Part shown: positions 21,536 to 32,162 of the stretch, in pieces
How positions within the stretch are numbered: the stretch's first letter is position 1
Layout of the letters: each line of letters opens with the position of its first letter
NCBI GenBank assembly: GCA_965205335.1
Contig: OZ242164.1
Coordinates: 1,024,001-1,088,000, forward strand
Reading direction: 5' to 3'
DNA from: Candidatus Woesearchaeota archaeon
GTDB taxonomy: Archaea > Nanobdellota > Nanobdellia > Woesearchaeales > UBA583
DNA length: 64,000 nucleotides
Notes under the pieces: model-generated
Told to the model about the DNA's origin: nothing
Database searches by the model: none
The model's input: the letters and a program-made list of their open reading frames with translations, nothing else
Translations under genes and position numbers: made by a program

Positions 21536-21673
21536 ATGGAAACTAAAAAAGAGATGATAGAGAAATTCAAGAAGGGAGAATATGATAGAGGTAAAACAAT
21601 ATCATATACTAAACCAGATGGAAGTTTGCCAACTTTTAAAGAATTTAATGAAATGATAGAGAAATATAAATAA
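21536..21673 (+). CDS. Small hypothetical protein (45 aa)
   Basis: METKKEMIEKFKKGEYDRGKTISYTKPDGSLPTFKEFNEMIEKYK with TTTATAAA about 25 nt upstream. Confidence 0.5.
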   Translation: METKKEMIEKFKKGEYDRGKTISYTKPDGSLPTFKEFNEMIEKYK

Positions 21674-21732
21674 GAGATAGCATTAATGGAGTTTAAACCT
21701 CAGGTGATAAAATTATTTTACAGATTAAAAAC

Positions 21733-23049
21733 CTATTTAAATATCCTGATCTTTTTAACAAAACTTAAATCCCTATTTAAAATTTTTTCAAAATCCTTTA
21801 AATTAATCTGGGATATTTCTGATAAATCCATTACTCTTCTTTTTTCATAAGAACACACCCTGCCCTCTTTAACAAAATAAAAATCCCTGTTCTTTAAAAA
21901 CTTTTTAATAGAATCTCTCATTGTTACCTTAGGACCTTCTACTTCTTTTATATTTGGAAGATTTTGCTTTTCAAAAAGAAATACAAATAAACATTTCTGC
22001 TCATCTAAATTTATCTCAAATTCGCAATGGAAAATTTTAAAATCAAAAGATTCAAAGTATTTTTTGGTTTTATTAAAAGCTCTTTTAAGCTTTGAACCAA
22101 TAATATCACAACTCTCATTTTCCAAATTAAAATTAAACAAATACGCTATTCTTTTCAAATTATTCTCTTTTGCAAATTCTGATGAAGATTTTAATATCTC
22201 GTTTATATTAATTTTATTCTCTTCAAAATCGGAAACAGATAAAGTATTTATTCTATTGCATTCAAAAATAAATTTGGAATAATTATCATAAGAGAGTGCT
22301 CTTGCGCAATTTCTATTTTTTACTGTCGGGTCAATTACAACTAAATTTGAAAGTTTATCATGCTCAATGGAATTTTTTGCTAAATCAAATGATTTATAAT
22401 AAGAATTTATATCAATGAAAGTTTCATCTTCCCATTTCTGAGCATTTTTAATTAAATTAGAGAATGAACCATAATATATTATAAGAATTTCTATAACATG
22501 AGCTGAAAATCCATTAATATATCCTTCTGCCCCATATAATTTTTTTGATCTGAAAAACTGCTTTGCAATCCTTATCTCATTAGATAAATCTGGATTCTCC
22601 TCTATTTTCTTTTGAACAAATTGAACATGCATAGGAGATAAATCCGTTGAGTTCATATAATCAGAATATTTTCTAATCTTATAAACAGGAACTACTTCAA
22701 ATCTGATTTTATATTTTTTTGGAGAAAAAATCCCTGAGAAGTAATCTCTTGAACCTTTCTGTTTTTTGTGTTTGATTTTAGCCTCATTTAATATATTCTT
22801 AAGATATTGACTTAATCTCTCATCTTTATATTTCATATCAAACCGTACAAAATAATCAATATCACAACCCCTAAGATAAGTTCCCTTTCCAAAACTGCCT
22901 CCCACAAAGACATCACATTTCAATCCAAGTCTGTTTGCGGCTCTTTTTAATTTCCTTTTCAGTTTATTTGCTCCCTCTGTTAGGAAATCATGTTCCTTGT
23001 TAGTTGGTTTTATATTTTTTAAAACCTTTGATTTAGTTAGATTATCCAT
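21733..23049 (-). CDS. cca: Archaeal CCA-adding tRNA nucleotidyltransferase
   Basis: GSFGKGTYL..CDIDYF, EVVP, D.SP.H, LYGAE..INGFS, VIDP....RN. Confidence 0.93.
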   Translation of the reverse strand: MDNLTKSKVLKNIKPTNKEHDFLTEGANKLKRKLKRAANRLGLKCDVFVGGSFGKGTYLRGCDIDYFVRFDMKYKDERLSQYLKNILNEAKIKHKKQKGSRDYFSGIFSPKKYKIRFEVVPVYKIRKYSDYMNSTDLSPMHVQFVQKKIEENPDLSNEIRIAKQFFRSKKLYGAEGYINGFSAHVIEILIIYYGSFSNLIKNAQKWEDETFIDINSYYKSFDLAKNSIEHDKLSNLVVIDPTVKNRNCARALSYDNYSKFIFECNRINTLSVSDFEENKININEILKSSSEFAKENNLKRIAYLFNFNLENESCDIIGSKLKRAFNKTKKYFESFDFKIFHCEFEINLDEQKCLFVFLFEKQNLPNIKEVEGPKVTMRDSIKKFLKNRDFYFVKEGRVCSYEKRRVMDLSEISQINLKDFEKILNRDLSFVKKIRIFK

Positions 23050-23105
23050 TTTTATATTGGTTGGTATGTACTTATTTATATTTTTTTAGTTATATTCCCA
23101 AATAA

Positions 23106-23777
23106 TTAAAGAAACCCAAAAACCTTATTTAGAAGAATTTTCGGGTATCCAAGCCATGGAATTCTAATAAGTGCAACTCCTAATACATCTTCTTGTGGAA
23201 TATCTTTTTCGTAACTTTCAATCATATGCGCGTTATTATCACCTTTTGTCTGAAAATGATAATTGCCTTCCTCATCCTGCCATTTATGTACTACCCTGTG
23301 AATTAGCGGCCCAAAATTATTAAAAAATGTTCTATCATTTGGAATAAATATCAAAATGTCTCCTTTTTCAATTTTATCAAAGTCTTTCCCGCGTAAAACC
23401 ATAACATCTCCTATATTCAATCCATTTTTGTATTCATAATTCTCAAATTCAGATTTTGTGATATTATATCTTGATTCATAATATGAACCGCATAAAACCC
23501 AGTACTCATCAAAGTTTAATTTTTTGGAATTCGTATCAAAAACGCTATTTCCACAGATATTACTATTAACAATTTTATGTTCCATACTTCCGCTAACAAT
23601 TGCAACAACTGGATAATCACTTCCCAAAACAAAACCAAGAGATGGGAAAAATATAAATTTAACAAATAAAAATGCAAAAAAAAATGCTAAAATATACGAT
23701 AAAACAGAATCATCATACCACATAAATTTCCAAAACTTTTTCATTAAATTAATCAAATCTTTGAATTTTCTCTTCAT
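23106..23777 (-). CDS. Signal peptidase I (archaeal Sec11 type)
   Basis: VSGSMEH, GD, IHRV, TKGDNN, RIPWLG. Confidence 0.92.
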   Translation of the reverse strand: MKRKFKDLINLMKKFWKFMWYDDSVLSYILAFFFAFLFVKFIFFPSLGFVLGSDYPVVAIVSGSMEHKIVNSNICGNSVFDTNSKKLNFDEYWVLCGSYYESRYNITKSEFENYEYKNGLNIGDVMVLRGKDFDKIEKGDILIFIPNDRTFFNNFGPLIHRVVHKWQDEEGNYHFQTKGDNNAHMIESYEKDIPQEDVLGVALIRIPWLGYPKILLNKVFGFL

Positions 23778-23794
23778 TTATAATACGTTAATTA

Positions 23795-26700
23795 TTATTT
23801 CTTTTTATTCTTATCTGATGGGCTATTGGATTTCTTGGTATCTATACTGGATTTTTTGTCCTTATAGAATTTCTCAAAGTCCTGAGCTTCATCTTCTAAA
23901 CTCTTTTTCGGACTACTTTTCCCAGATGCTTTTGATTTGGAGTAAAAATCATCAAAATCATCTTGTGAGTATTTTGCATCTTTTCTTCTCTTAAGCAATG
24001 TATCCTCATATTTGTCGACTTTTCCTTTATCCACTTTATCAAATTTATCAAATACACCCTGCCCAGATTTTAAAGTGTCATCAATGAATTTGTTTAATTT
24101 ACTTAGGTGGGAATCATATTTAGTCTTTGGCTTTACACTCTGCTTGTTATCCTGACTAACATTACTACTTCCTGTTGTAGTAAATCTAACTGGTGATTTT
24201 CCTAATGGTTTTAATACCTTATTACTTCTTTTAATTCCAAATTTCTCTAATTGAGTGTCTAAATATCCCTTTCTGTATGCATAATATGCTCCTCCACCTG
24301 AAATAGATAATACTACAAGTACTATTGCTGCAATTATTAAACCTCCACCACCACCTGAATCTTCCGGATCATCAATACCTTCGAAGTCGAATATACCGCA
24401 TTCATCTTCACTTGGCTCTGCTGGGGCAGTTGCATCACAAATACCATCAACTATCTTCCCCGGATTACAGTCTTCACATGAATTACATTCTTGGCATGAA
24501 TCATCGTCTCCACCGCCACCACCTCCAGAAGGACCAGGTTCAGGGGGTAGAGGTGGTGATGGACTAACTTTCTCTTTAGCTCTAACTTCATTGCCTGCTC
24601 CATCTTTTGCCCACACGCAAATCCATCTGTTATTCCCCACTTCAATAGAACCACTTATGTAATCTATACTTTCAGTACAACTCTCTTTGGAATTTGATAA
24701 GGAATATTTTATCTGCAAGCACTCTCCAGAATCATCAGTGCAGGTTATAGATACTTCATATGGATTCTGGGGATCTCTGTTAATTTTAAGAGTTGGGCTT
24801 ATAAAATCACACAAATTTCCCTCACAATCAGAAGAGACTTCAAGCATTTCTTCAATATAAACATCATTGCCTGCTCCATCTTTTGCCCACACGCAAATCC
24901 ATTTGTTATCTCCTACCTCAATAGAAGAACCACTTATGTAATCTATACTTGGAGTACAGTTATCCTTAGAGTCTGATAAAGAGTATCTTATCTTCTCACA
25001 CCCACTTAAATCATCAGTGCAAACTATGGTTATTAGGGATGAATTCTGGGAATCAGTATTAACTACAAGAGTTGGATGAGTAAAGTCACATTCAGAATCT
25101 GTAGAATCTTCTTCTATACATTCTGAATGAAGTTCAGTGCATTCAGGACTTTCAGAATCCTCTGTGCAGGGGGGTTCTTCATTAGGTGGTGGAGGTGGTT
25201 GTGGAGGAGGAGATGCTCCAAGAGAATAATTATTACTAGGAGCCTCATTGCCCACTTTATCCTCTGCTAAATAGCAAATCCATAAATAATCCCCTGCCTG
25301 AATTGAATCGCCTGTATAAATAGTAGATGGGTTGCAATCAAGTGAACCTGATAAAGAATACTTTATTTGTGCACACCCACTTAAATCATCAACACAGGTT
25401 ATGGACACATTACCCAATGACTTATCAATCTCTAAATTTGGAGGAGTAGAATCAACTAATATATCTTTTCTTAATTCTGAGCTATTAACTCCAATTTCAT
25501 TTTGACCAATAATAATTATCTCTTGGGCATTGTCAAGATCATGAGTGATTTTTCTTGGTTTTGAAGTACTATCATCAAGTTTCTCAGAAGAATTTTCACT
25601 TTTTATCTCTACGTAATATTTATCTATTTCAATTAAAGATTTAACTTCAAAATCAATTTCAAAGTTACTTGAATTCTTCACATAATCACTTTTTATCTTA
25701 TTGTTCACGAATGTCAGATTAGATAGCACAAGACCTTCTGAATCATATGTTATTGTAATTCTATTTGGGGATGATACTTCCCTTTCAACATTACAGTATA
25801 TGTAATATATATTTTCTCCTGATACTAAATCGGATGTAGTAAATGTCTTGATATATCCATCTCCAACCAGAGCAGGTTTGTTATTGTATTCTCCTGCATC
25901 AAATTGTGTTTTTGAATATTTACACTCATGATTTGCAGATAGGGTAACTGATACATCTGTTGAGGGCAGTGAAGCATATTTAGGAGTCCAATCAAGAACA
26001 TTTGAATTTCCAGTTGAGTTTACAATTAAATTATGAATTTTACTATCTGTATTGTATACTTTATCATAACATGTAAAATTTAATGCATGAGTTCCATCAT
26101 TTAAATCTAAACCTAATTTGTTGTGGTTTTTATTATTTGTTGTGTTTAATTTGATTTTATCTTGCGTACCTGTTTTTAAGAAACAAATTCCCTGCTCTGT
26201 AGTTCCAAGGGCTATATCAAATGGATTAAGAGATACTTTGTCCTTTGGAAGAATTTCATATATTTCAATTCCTTCAGTATATTTAGATGTATTTATAAGT
26301 TCTTGTTTTCCATATAAACTCTCACTTAGATAAGCTATATCAATGCTATGAGCTTGATTCTGACATGCTATCCAGAACCTGCTTGATGAAGAGAATTCCA
26401 CATTAATAGAATGGTCTAACATATTTAGAGAACTGTCCATAGAATGTTCTTCTAAATTTCTAAATTTGTGAATAGGTTTGAATCCAAGTAAATTGTCTGT
26501 AAAGTAACAAAGTGCACGAACATTTGTTTTAACTTTTATTGCAAAGTTATCCTGAGTATAATAAAGTTTATTTAAGAATAAATCACTGTTTTCAGTTTCA
26601 AAGTAATATTTTAGACTGTTATCATCTTTTCTTGTTAAAAGAGTTATGTTAATGTCTAAAGTTCTATACACTGCTTTAAAAGTAGCACTTGAACTTACCC

Positions 26701-27349
26701 CATAAATGTCAGTAAAATCAACTTTTACAATATTCACTCCATCAGATAAAGCGTCAAGTGGAAATCCAAATTCATTCTCTAATTTGTAATCTGTTTTATA
26801 TAAACTTTTCTGAGACATTTTATATGCAAGTTTTTCCTCTATGTAAACTTCATATTTTTGAATATGTTTTGAAAATTCTAAATTAACTGTTCCATCAGTT
26901 GGGGTTAATTGTACTACTTCATCTTCACTTGGAGAGTTTAATACAGGAGTAGAATTATCAAAATTAACAAAGAATTCACTTGGAGTTGAACGTTCTTCTG
27001 TGTCTAATTCATTTCCATAACTGTCAAGAATATTTAATTTGAAAGGACCTAATGATCCTAATGACAAAGGAATTATGCTTGAATTCACAGAACTAATAAG
27101 TTTGCTAAAAGATCTTCTTGGGCCACTTGGAACTTTTTTATTAATAACCAGGACATTCCCTCTCCCATATGTTATATTTTTCACAAAAACAGGTTCAGTA
27201 GGATTTGTTACAGTGAAATTTATATAAGGGTCTCCCTTTGACACATAGAAAACAAACTCTCTACTTTCATCAAATAAACCTATGGAATAAACTGTCTGTA
27301 AAAACAAAAACAAACACAGAAAACCAAATATAATTTTTATAATTTTCAT
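23795..27349 (-). CDS. Large membrane-anchored surface protein with three Cys-containing Ig-like repeats and Pro/Gly linkers
   Basis: Signal peptide; repeat ITCxDD.SGC..I.YSLS.S...C......WIC..A.D.AGN x3; TM helix then charged cytoplasmic tail. Confidence 0.85.
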   Translation of the reverse strand: MKIIKIIFGFLCLFLFLQTVYSIGLFDESREFVFYVSKGDPYINFTVTNPTEPVFVKNITYGRGNVLVINKKVPSGPRRSFSKLISSVNSSIIPLSLGSLGPFKLNILDSYGNELDTEERSTPSEFFVNFDNSTPVLNSPSEDEVVQLTPTDGTVNLEFSKHIQKYEVYIEEKLAYKMSQKSLYKTDYKLENEFGFPLDALSDGVNIVKVDFTDIYGVSSSATFKAVYRTLDINITLLTRKDDNSLKYYFETENSDLFLNKLYYTQDNFAIKVKTNVRALCYFTDNLLGFKPIHKFRNLEEHSMDSSLNMLDHSINVEFSSSSRFWIACQNQAHSIDIAYLSESLYGKQELINTSKYTEGIEIYEILPKDKVSLNPFDIALGTTEQGICFLKTGTQDKIKLNTTNNKNHNKLGLDLNDGTHALNFTCYDKVYNTDSKIHNLIVNSTGNSNVLDWTPKYASLPSTDVSVTLSANHECKYSKTQFDAGEYNNKPALVGDGYIKTFTTSDLVSGENIYYIYCNVEREVSSPNRITITYDSEGLVLSNLTFVNNKIKSDYVKNSSNFEIDFEVKSLIEIDKYYVEIKSENSSEKLDDSTSKPRKITHDLDNAQEIIIIGQNEIGVNSSELRKDILVDSTPPNLEIDKSLGNVSITCVDDLSGCAQIKYSLSGSLDCNPSTIYTGDSIQAGDYLWICYLAEDKVGNEAPSNNYSLGASPPPQPPPPPNEEPPCTEDSESPECTELHSECIEEDSTDSECDFTHPTLVVNTDSQNSSLITIVCTDDLSGCEKIRYSLSDSKDNCTPSIDYISGSSIEVGDNKWICVWAKDGAGNDVYIEEMLEVSSDCEGNLCDFISPTLKINRDPQNPYEVSITCTDDSGECLQIKYSLSNSKESCTESIDYISGSIEVGNNRWICVWAKDGAGNEVRAKEKVSPSPPLPPEPGPSGGGGGGDDDSCQECNSCEDCNPGKIVDGICDATAPAEPSEDECGIFDFEGIDDPEDSGGGGGLIIAAIVLVVLSISGGGAYYAYRKGYLDTQLEKFGIKRSNKVLKPLGKSPVRFTTTGSSNVSQDNKQSVKPKTKYDSHLSKLNKFIDDTLKSGQGVFDKFDKVDKGKVDKYEDTLLKRRKDAKYSQDDFDDFYSKSKASGKSSPKKSLEDEAQDFEKFYKDKKSSIDTKKSNSPSDKNKKK

Positions 27350-27392
27350 TGAGATTTCAACGAAAAAAAAGAATATAAACTAATGTATACAC

Positions 27393-28025
27393 TTACTTGT
27401 AGTGGAGATAAAGATTAATATTAAACTCTCTTTTTGATGTTGCCCACGTGTAGAGCCCCGATGGAGCCCTTTTATATCCTAATTTCCTTAATTCTTTTTC
27501 CGAGTCTTCAAAAGAGAGTTTACTTGTATTTTCATAGAATGTTTTATGATTGCTATAATTAAAGCCATGAAGAAGTGTGAATAATTCCTCATTAGGTAAT
27601 TCAAAACTAATGTAGAAAGGGATTTCCCCTATCAAAGGTTTTATCTCTTCACTATTACTCTGTGTTGCATTGAAAAATCTGTTTAATTTTGATGAGATTA
27701 AGAATTTTGCATATTGGCATGCACTTTTATCTTCAGTATCACATTGCACAGAGGTATCAGCATAATTGTGACTATTATCAATGCACAGATTTATTAGATT
27801 TTTAATGCTGTCCTCATCTCCTCTTGTCACACAACCACTGCTTGATTTCATAAGAGTGTTTAATGTGTTCTGGGCTAAAATTTTATATTCTTCTTCCTGC
27901 TGGCTTAGTTCTTCTCTTTGAGGGTCTAAGGATTTTACCTGAGAATAAATTATTAATCCAAGAACTATTAAGACAAACATAAGAGCAATTCCAAACATTT
28001 CTCCCTGACTTTTAAAAGATTTCAT
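27393..28025 (-). CDS. Class III signal peptide (pilin-like) protein
   Basis: MKSFKSQ-GEMFGIALMFVLIVLGLI. Confidence 0.75.
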   Translation of the reverse strand: MKSFKSQGEMFGIALMFVLIVLGLIIYSQVKSLDPQREELSQQEEEYKILAQNTLNTLMKSSSGCVTRGDEDSIKNLINLCIDNSHNYADTSVQCDTEDKSACQYAKFLISSKLNRFFNATQSNSEEIKPLIGEIPFYISFELPNEELFTLLHGFNYSNHKTFYENTSKLSFEDSEKELRKLGYKRAPSGLYTWATSKREFNINLYLHYK

Positions 28026-28170
28026 ATTTAACTAAGTGTTTAATATAAACTTTTATAAATGTTATTTATCTAGGAATAGTTAATGAAATTAAATAGATTT
28101 TTCTTTGTTGTGATTCTTCTTACTGATTTGAAGTTTGAGATTGAGGTTTTGGAGTTTTTTGAGCTATAAA

Positions 28171-29292
28171 ATGGAAAATTTAGATGAACAAAGATATGAA
28201 ATGCTTATTGAAAACCTGCATGGGGCTCAAATGCATGGCTCAAAGGAAGATAATATTGCGGCATATATTGCTATTTCTGAATATGAATATAATTTTGGGA
28301 TGCTTCAAAAGGCTAAGATTCATTTAAAGAAAGTGTTAGGATTAGATTCTAATGTTATTAATATTAATTATTATCTTGCTTTGATTGAACTGAGTTTGTC
28401 ACATAATAATTCTGATGCAAAAATGTATTTAGAGCATGAATTGAAGATAAATCCAGATAATAGAAATGCAGAAGAGATTCTTGAAAAATTACAAATTAAA
28501 TCAAATATTCCCTTTGGTACAATTACTGTTTTCATATTATGTGTTTTAACTTTTGTTATTTTTTATCCCCAGCCTATTTATTCTGAGTTATTAAAGTTTG
28601 CACTGTCTGATTATAATTTCGGGTTTGCAACTCTTGTTTCATCAATTTATATGCACGCTAATCTTATGCATTTTGCTTTTAATATGATTATTTTAATTCT
28701 TTTTGGTTTGCATTTGGAGAAATACATAGGAACTGCAAGGTTTGTTTTTATTTTTTTTATTTGCGCAGTTATTGGTAATTTGTCTCAGGTTCTTTTTAGT
28801 CCTGCAAATTCATTTGTTTTGGGAGTGTCAGGAGGACTTTTTGGAATTTTTGGAGCAATTGTTATGCGTGAGCCATTACTAGGTATCAGAGTTCTGGGAT
28901 TGTTTAAACTTCCAATTATAATTCTTTTCGGAAGTATTTTTATTCTTAGTTATTTGGTTTCAAATTACTTTTCAGGAGGTGTTATGCTTGGCGAGATTTC
29001 CCATATCGCAGGGTTTTTGATTGGAATGTTTTTAACAGGACTCTTTTACAGAAATACTATTGGAGTGTTCTATAACTGGGTTGTTATTTCGCTTGGGTTT
29101 GTTGCAATTACTTTTTCTTTTGGAAATTTTATTTCCATTTATTATAAGTATCTCTCTGTTAATGATTTTAATCTTGTTTTAAATGATGTTTTAATAGCAT
29201 CTGGCAGTTTGCTTCTTGGAGTTTTTTTAATTTTTTATAGTTATGGTAAACTTAAGTTTCTGAATAGGATGTCTGAAGGTGATGTTAGATGA
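28171..29292 (+). CDS. TPR-fused rhomboid intramembrane serine protease
   Basis: N-terminal TPR helices; MHANLMHFAFNM, GVSGG, HIAG. Confidence 0.88.
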   Translation: MENLDEQRYEMLIENLHGAQMHGSKEDNIAAYIAISEYEYNFGMLQKAKIHLKKVLGLDSNVININYYLALIELSLSHNNSDAKMYLEHELKINPDNRNAEEILEKLQIKSNIPFGTITVFILCVLTFVIFYPQPIYSELLKFALSDYNFGFATLVSSIYMHANLMHFAFNMIILILFGLHLEKYIGTARFVFIFFICAVIGNLSQVLFSPANSFVLGVSGGLFGIFGAIVMREPLLGIRVLGLFKLPIIILFGSIFILSYLVSNYFSGGVMLGEISHIAGFLIGMFLTGLFYRNTIGVFYNWVVISLGFVAITFSFGNFISIYYKYLSVNDFNLVLNDVLIASGSLLLGVFLIFYSYGKLKFLNRMSEGDVR

Positions 29293-29786
29293 GAGGAGGT
29301 AAATTTTTAGGTATTGTTTTAGTGTTGTTTTTGATTGGATTGTATTATTTTGTTTTTTATATGAACACAAGTCCTAATGCAATAGATTTGTGTAATTCTG
29401 AAGATGATTGCGTTAATAGTTTAATTAGAGAGTTTTCAAATATTAGTTATTGTGAGTATCATAGTAATAAGTCAAAGTGTTATAATTCTTTTGCGACAAG
29501 GTTTAATGATAGTTCTGCTTGCGATTTGACGCAAAACAAGAGTAAGTGTTTGATTAGATATGCTGTTTTGAGAAATGAGCCTTCTTTATGTAATAATTTT
29601 TTGGATAGGGATTTTGATTATTGTATTTTCCAGATTGTTAGTAATACAAAGAATTTAGAAATGTGTGAGTTAAGTAATAAGCCTTCTCTTTGTTATTATT
29701 CTTTTGCTGTTGAAACAAAAAATGTATCTATTTGTGAAATAAGCGAAAAATATAAAAGCAAGTGTTATGATAAAGTATTAGGATAA
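29289..29786 (+). CDS. Exported Cys-rich helical repeat protein
   Basis: N-terminal TM; repeated CY..FA....D...C units of about 23 aa. Confidence 0.75.
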   Translation: MRGGKFLGIVLVLFLIGLYYFVFYMNTSPNAIDLCNSEDDCVNSLIREFSNISYCEYHSNKSKCYNSFATRFNDSSACDLTQNKSKCLIRYAVLRNEPSLCNNFLDRDFDYCIFQIVSNTKNLEMCELSNKPSLCYYSFAVETKNVSICEISEKYKSKCYDKVLG

Positions 29787-31112
29787 ATGGATTTGGAGAT
29801 TGTTAATATTGAAAGAGCGAGGCTAAATGCAAAAAATGATAGTGTTTTTGTAAGGATATATTTAGATGATAAGTCACTTTCCAAGTTTCCAATGCAGATT
29901 ATGTATTCAAAAGAGGATGGCTTTGATAAATTTGTTTTGGATTATTCGTATGAACGTGTTAAGTTCAGTTTTCATAGGGTAGCTCAAAGGATAGTTCCAA
30001 ATGTTTTAAATTCTATCAGGAATTATGATGTTAGCATTGGGATAGCAGGACTTCCAAGGTGTGTGTTTGAGATGTATTTTTTAACGCCTAAGAGAAAGTT
30101 TGAGTTTGAGAACAGGTTGTTTTTTTATGAGGATAATTCAAACAGAGAGGATTCTCAAAAGTGTATTGATTGTGTTGACTGCACTTATGATAGTGTGTGT
30201 GATGGGATTTCCAAAGGTTATTTGGAAAAGTATAAGGAGTGTGTTGAACCTGTTTTTAAGAGTTCTTCTCTTCGTTCTTATTATGAGAAGATTGGAGATT
30301 ATTTAGAGGATGAGGAGATTGTTAGATTATTTAATATGTGTTTAGATGATTTCTGTTCTGATGAGCGTTTTGGGTACAAGAAGATTTACTTTAGGGATAG
30401 AATTTCAACAGGTTCTGATGATTTCAGGGAAGGGTTTTATTATTCAATTTTTAATTCTCGGTTTCAGTTTGATGAAGGTATGGAGTTTTTGGAGAGTGTT
30501 TTTGGAGGGAATATTTATCAGTTTAAGAAGTATTTGTCAGATGTTGCATTTTATACAATTGCTTTTGAGATTTTGTCTGATGGTATTTTGAGAAAGAGGT
30601 TAATTATCCCTGTTAGTAATATGGACTGCAGTGAGATTTTAGAGATTTTTTCTTTATGCAGATTTGAGTATGATGGTTTAGATAAAGTTAGTTCAATTAA
30701 GATTGATTTAAGTAATGAACCAGAGATTGTTGAGGTTGCAAGGGATATGGATATAGTCAAGCCTATGGGCGTTAAGTCAATGTTTAGTGAGTATGATATT
30801 GAACAAAAGAAGGCTTTGTTTAGGTTTCTAAATTCAATGCATAAGGATATTGTCTGTGCTAAGTTTAAGGAGAGGTATGAGAATGGGGTTTTGGTTTCTC
30901 GAGGATTTGAAGTTTCTCCTTGTGAGAATCTTATTAGGATGAGAGCTCTGGGGGTTTTGTTTGATATGAATTTGTCTCATCTTGAGAACAGAGAGATTTT
31001 AGATATATGGTTTGAGGAAAGTGAGTATTCAAATGAGAAGTTTGGGTTTTATTATGCTCCAAGATTGCCAAAAAGAGAACCCGAGATTGAAGAGAGAGCA
31101 TGGAAGTATTGA
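29787..31112 (+). CDS. Hypothetical protein with radical-SAM-like C-terminal Cys cluster but no CxxxCxxC
   Basis: GLPRC and CVDCTYDSVCDG..KGY motif; remainder unassigned. Confidence 0.6.
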   Translation: MDLEIVNIERARLNAKNDSVFVRIYLDDKSLSKFPMQIMYSKEDGFDKFVLDYSYERVKFSFHRVAQRIVPNVLNSIRNYDVSIGIAGLPRCVFEMYFLTPKRKFEFENRLFFYEDNSNREDSQKCIDCVDCTYDSVCDGISKGYLEKYKECVEPVFKSSSLRSYYEKIGDYLEDEEIVRLFNMCLDDFCSDERFGYKKIYFRDRISTGSDDFREGFYYSIFNSRFQFDEGMEFLESVFGGNIYQFKKYLSDVAFYTIAFEILSDGILRKRLIIPVSNMDCSEILEIFSLCRFEYDGLDKVSSIKIDLSNEPEIVEVARDMDIVKPMGVKSMFSEYDIEQKKALFRFLNSMHKDIVCAKFKERYENGVLVSRGFEVSPCENLIRMRALGVLFDMNLSHLENREILDIWFEESEYSNEKFGFYYAPRLPKREPEIEERAWKY

Positions 31113-31179
31113 TATAATTCTTAGAGAGGGTTTTTGTTTAATTTATTGCTCAATATAGATTATTAATAGGTGTGGAATT

Positions 31180-31836
31180 TTAAAATCCATCTATTAGTTC
31201 TTTTATTGCTTTTTTTGGTTCTGATACTTTTGCAACACCTGATGCTACAAGAACTCCTATCGCCCCAAGTTTTATTCCTAATTTGACGTCTTCTTTTGTT
31301 TTAACGCCTGCTCCAATTAGAAGGGGAATGTCTCCTACAATTTTTTTTGCTTCTTTGATTAGTTTCGGGTTTGCAGTAGTTATTGATGTGTCCCCACCTA
31401 TTAATTCTTTTGGTTCTATTGCAATGAAATCTGGGTTTAGTTTTGAGACTTCCTGTGCTGTTTTTAAGTCTCTGACGCAAACACATGTTTGTAATTTCAC
31501 TTCTTTTGCGGCTTTTATATTCTTCTGTATTTGATTTATGTCTAAGATATGTTCACTATGGGAGATAAGAGTTCCTAAAACTCCAATGTCTTTTAGCGTA
31601 TGAGGTATTATATAACCAGTATGAGCCCCGTAATCATAATTGTCTATGTGCTGGGAATATGTATTAATTTCTTCTTTTATTATGTCTTTAATGTCTGTTA
31701 TGTTTGGGCATACTATTATTTCAACCCTTTTTGATGCCGCGTAATCATTAAGTTCGGATACTGATTTTGCAATTTTTATAGCATTATTCCCAGAGGATTC
31801 TTGATATGTTTTCAGGTTTATTATAAGTTTATACAT
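31180..31836 (-). CDS. tpiA: Triosephosphate isomerase (archaeal type)
   Basis: INLKTY, QHID, GAHTG, HSEH, IAIEPKELIG, GAGV, GVLVASG. Confidence 0.96.
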   Translation of the reverse strand: MYKLIINLKTYQESSGNNAIKIAKSVSELNDYAASKRVEIIVCPNITDIKDIIKEEINTYSQHIDNYDYGAHTGYIIPHTLKDIGVLGTLISHSEHILDINQIQKNIKAAKEVKLQTCVCVRDLKTAQEVSKLNPDFIAIEPKELIGGDTSITTANPKLIKEAKKIVGDIPLLIGAGVKTKEDVKLGIKLGAIGVLVASGVAKVSEPKKAIKELIDGF

Positions 31837-31906
31837 TATTTTAATGATAATTTTCTGATTTATAAAATTTTGTTATTAGTTGGTTCTGATGTAAATTCAG
31901 TTGCTT

Positions 31907-32080
31907 TCAGAAAAATGGTGCACATCGGTTGTTAACTGCCTTTTTCAATATATCTTCCCAATTTGCAGAAATATTTAAACCACTAACTTGTGCTGAAGTT
32001 TTACCATTCAAATTTAAATGTGGTCTAATAAAATTATAATAATTCTTAAATTCTGTATTATTAATTTGAACTTCAATGCA
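31907..32080 (-). pseudogene. DDE transposase C-terminal remnant
   Basis: Translates EFKNYYNFIRPHLNLNGKTSAQVSGLNISANWEDILKKA. Confidence 0.8.
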
Positions 32081-32162
32081 CAAAGTGAAATATAATGAGA
32101 AATATTTATATGTTGGGAAATATTTTGGAATTTATGAATGTGAAAATCTTCCGTAACGCAAG

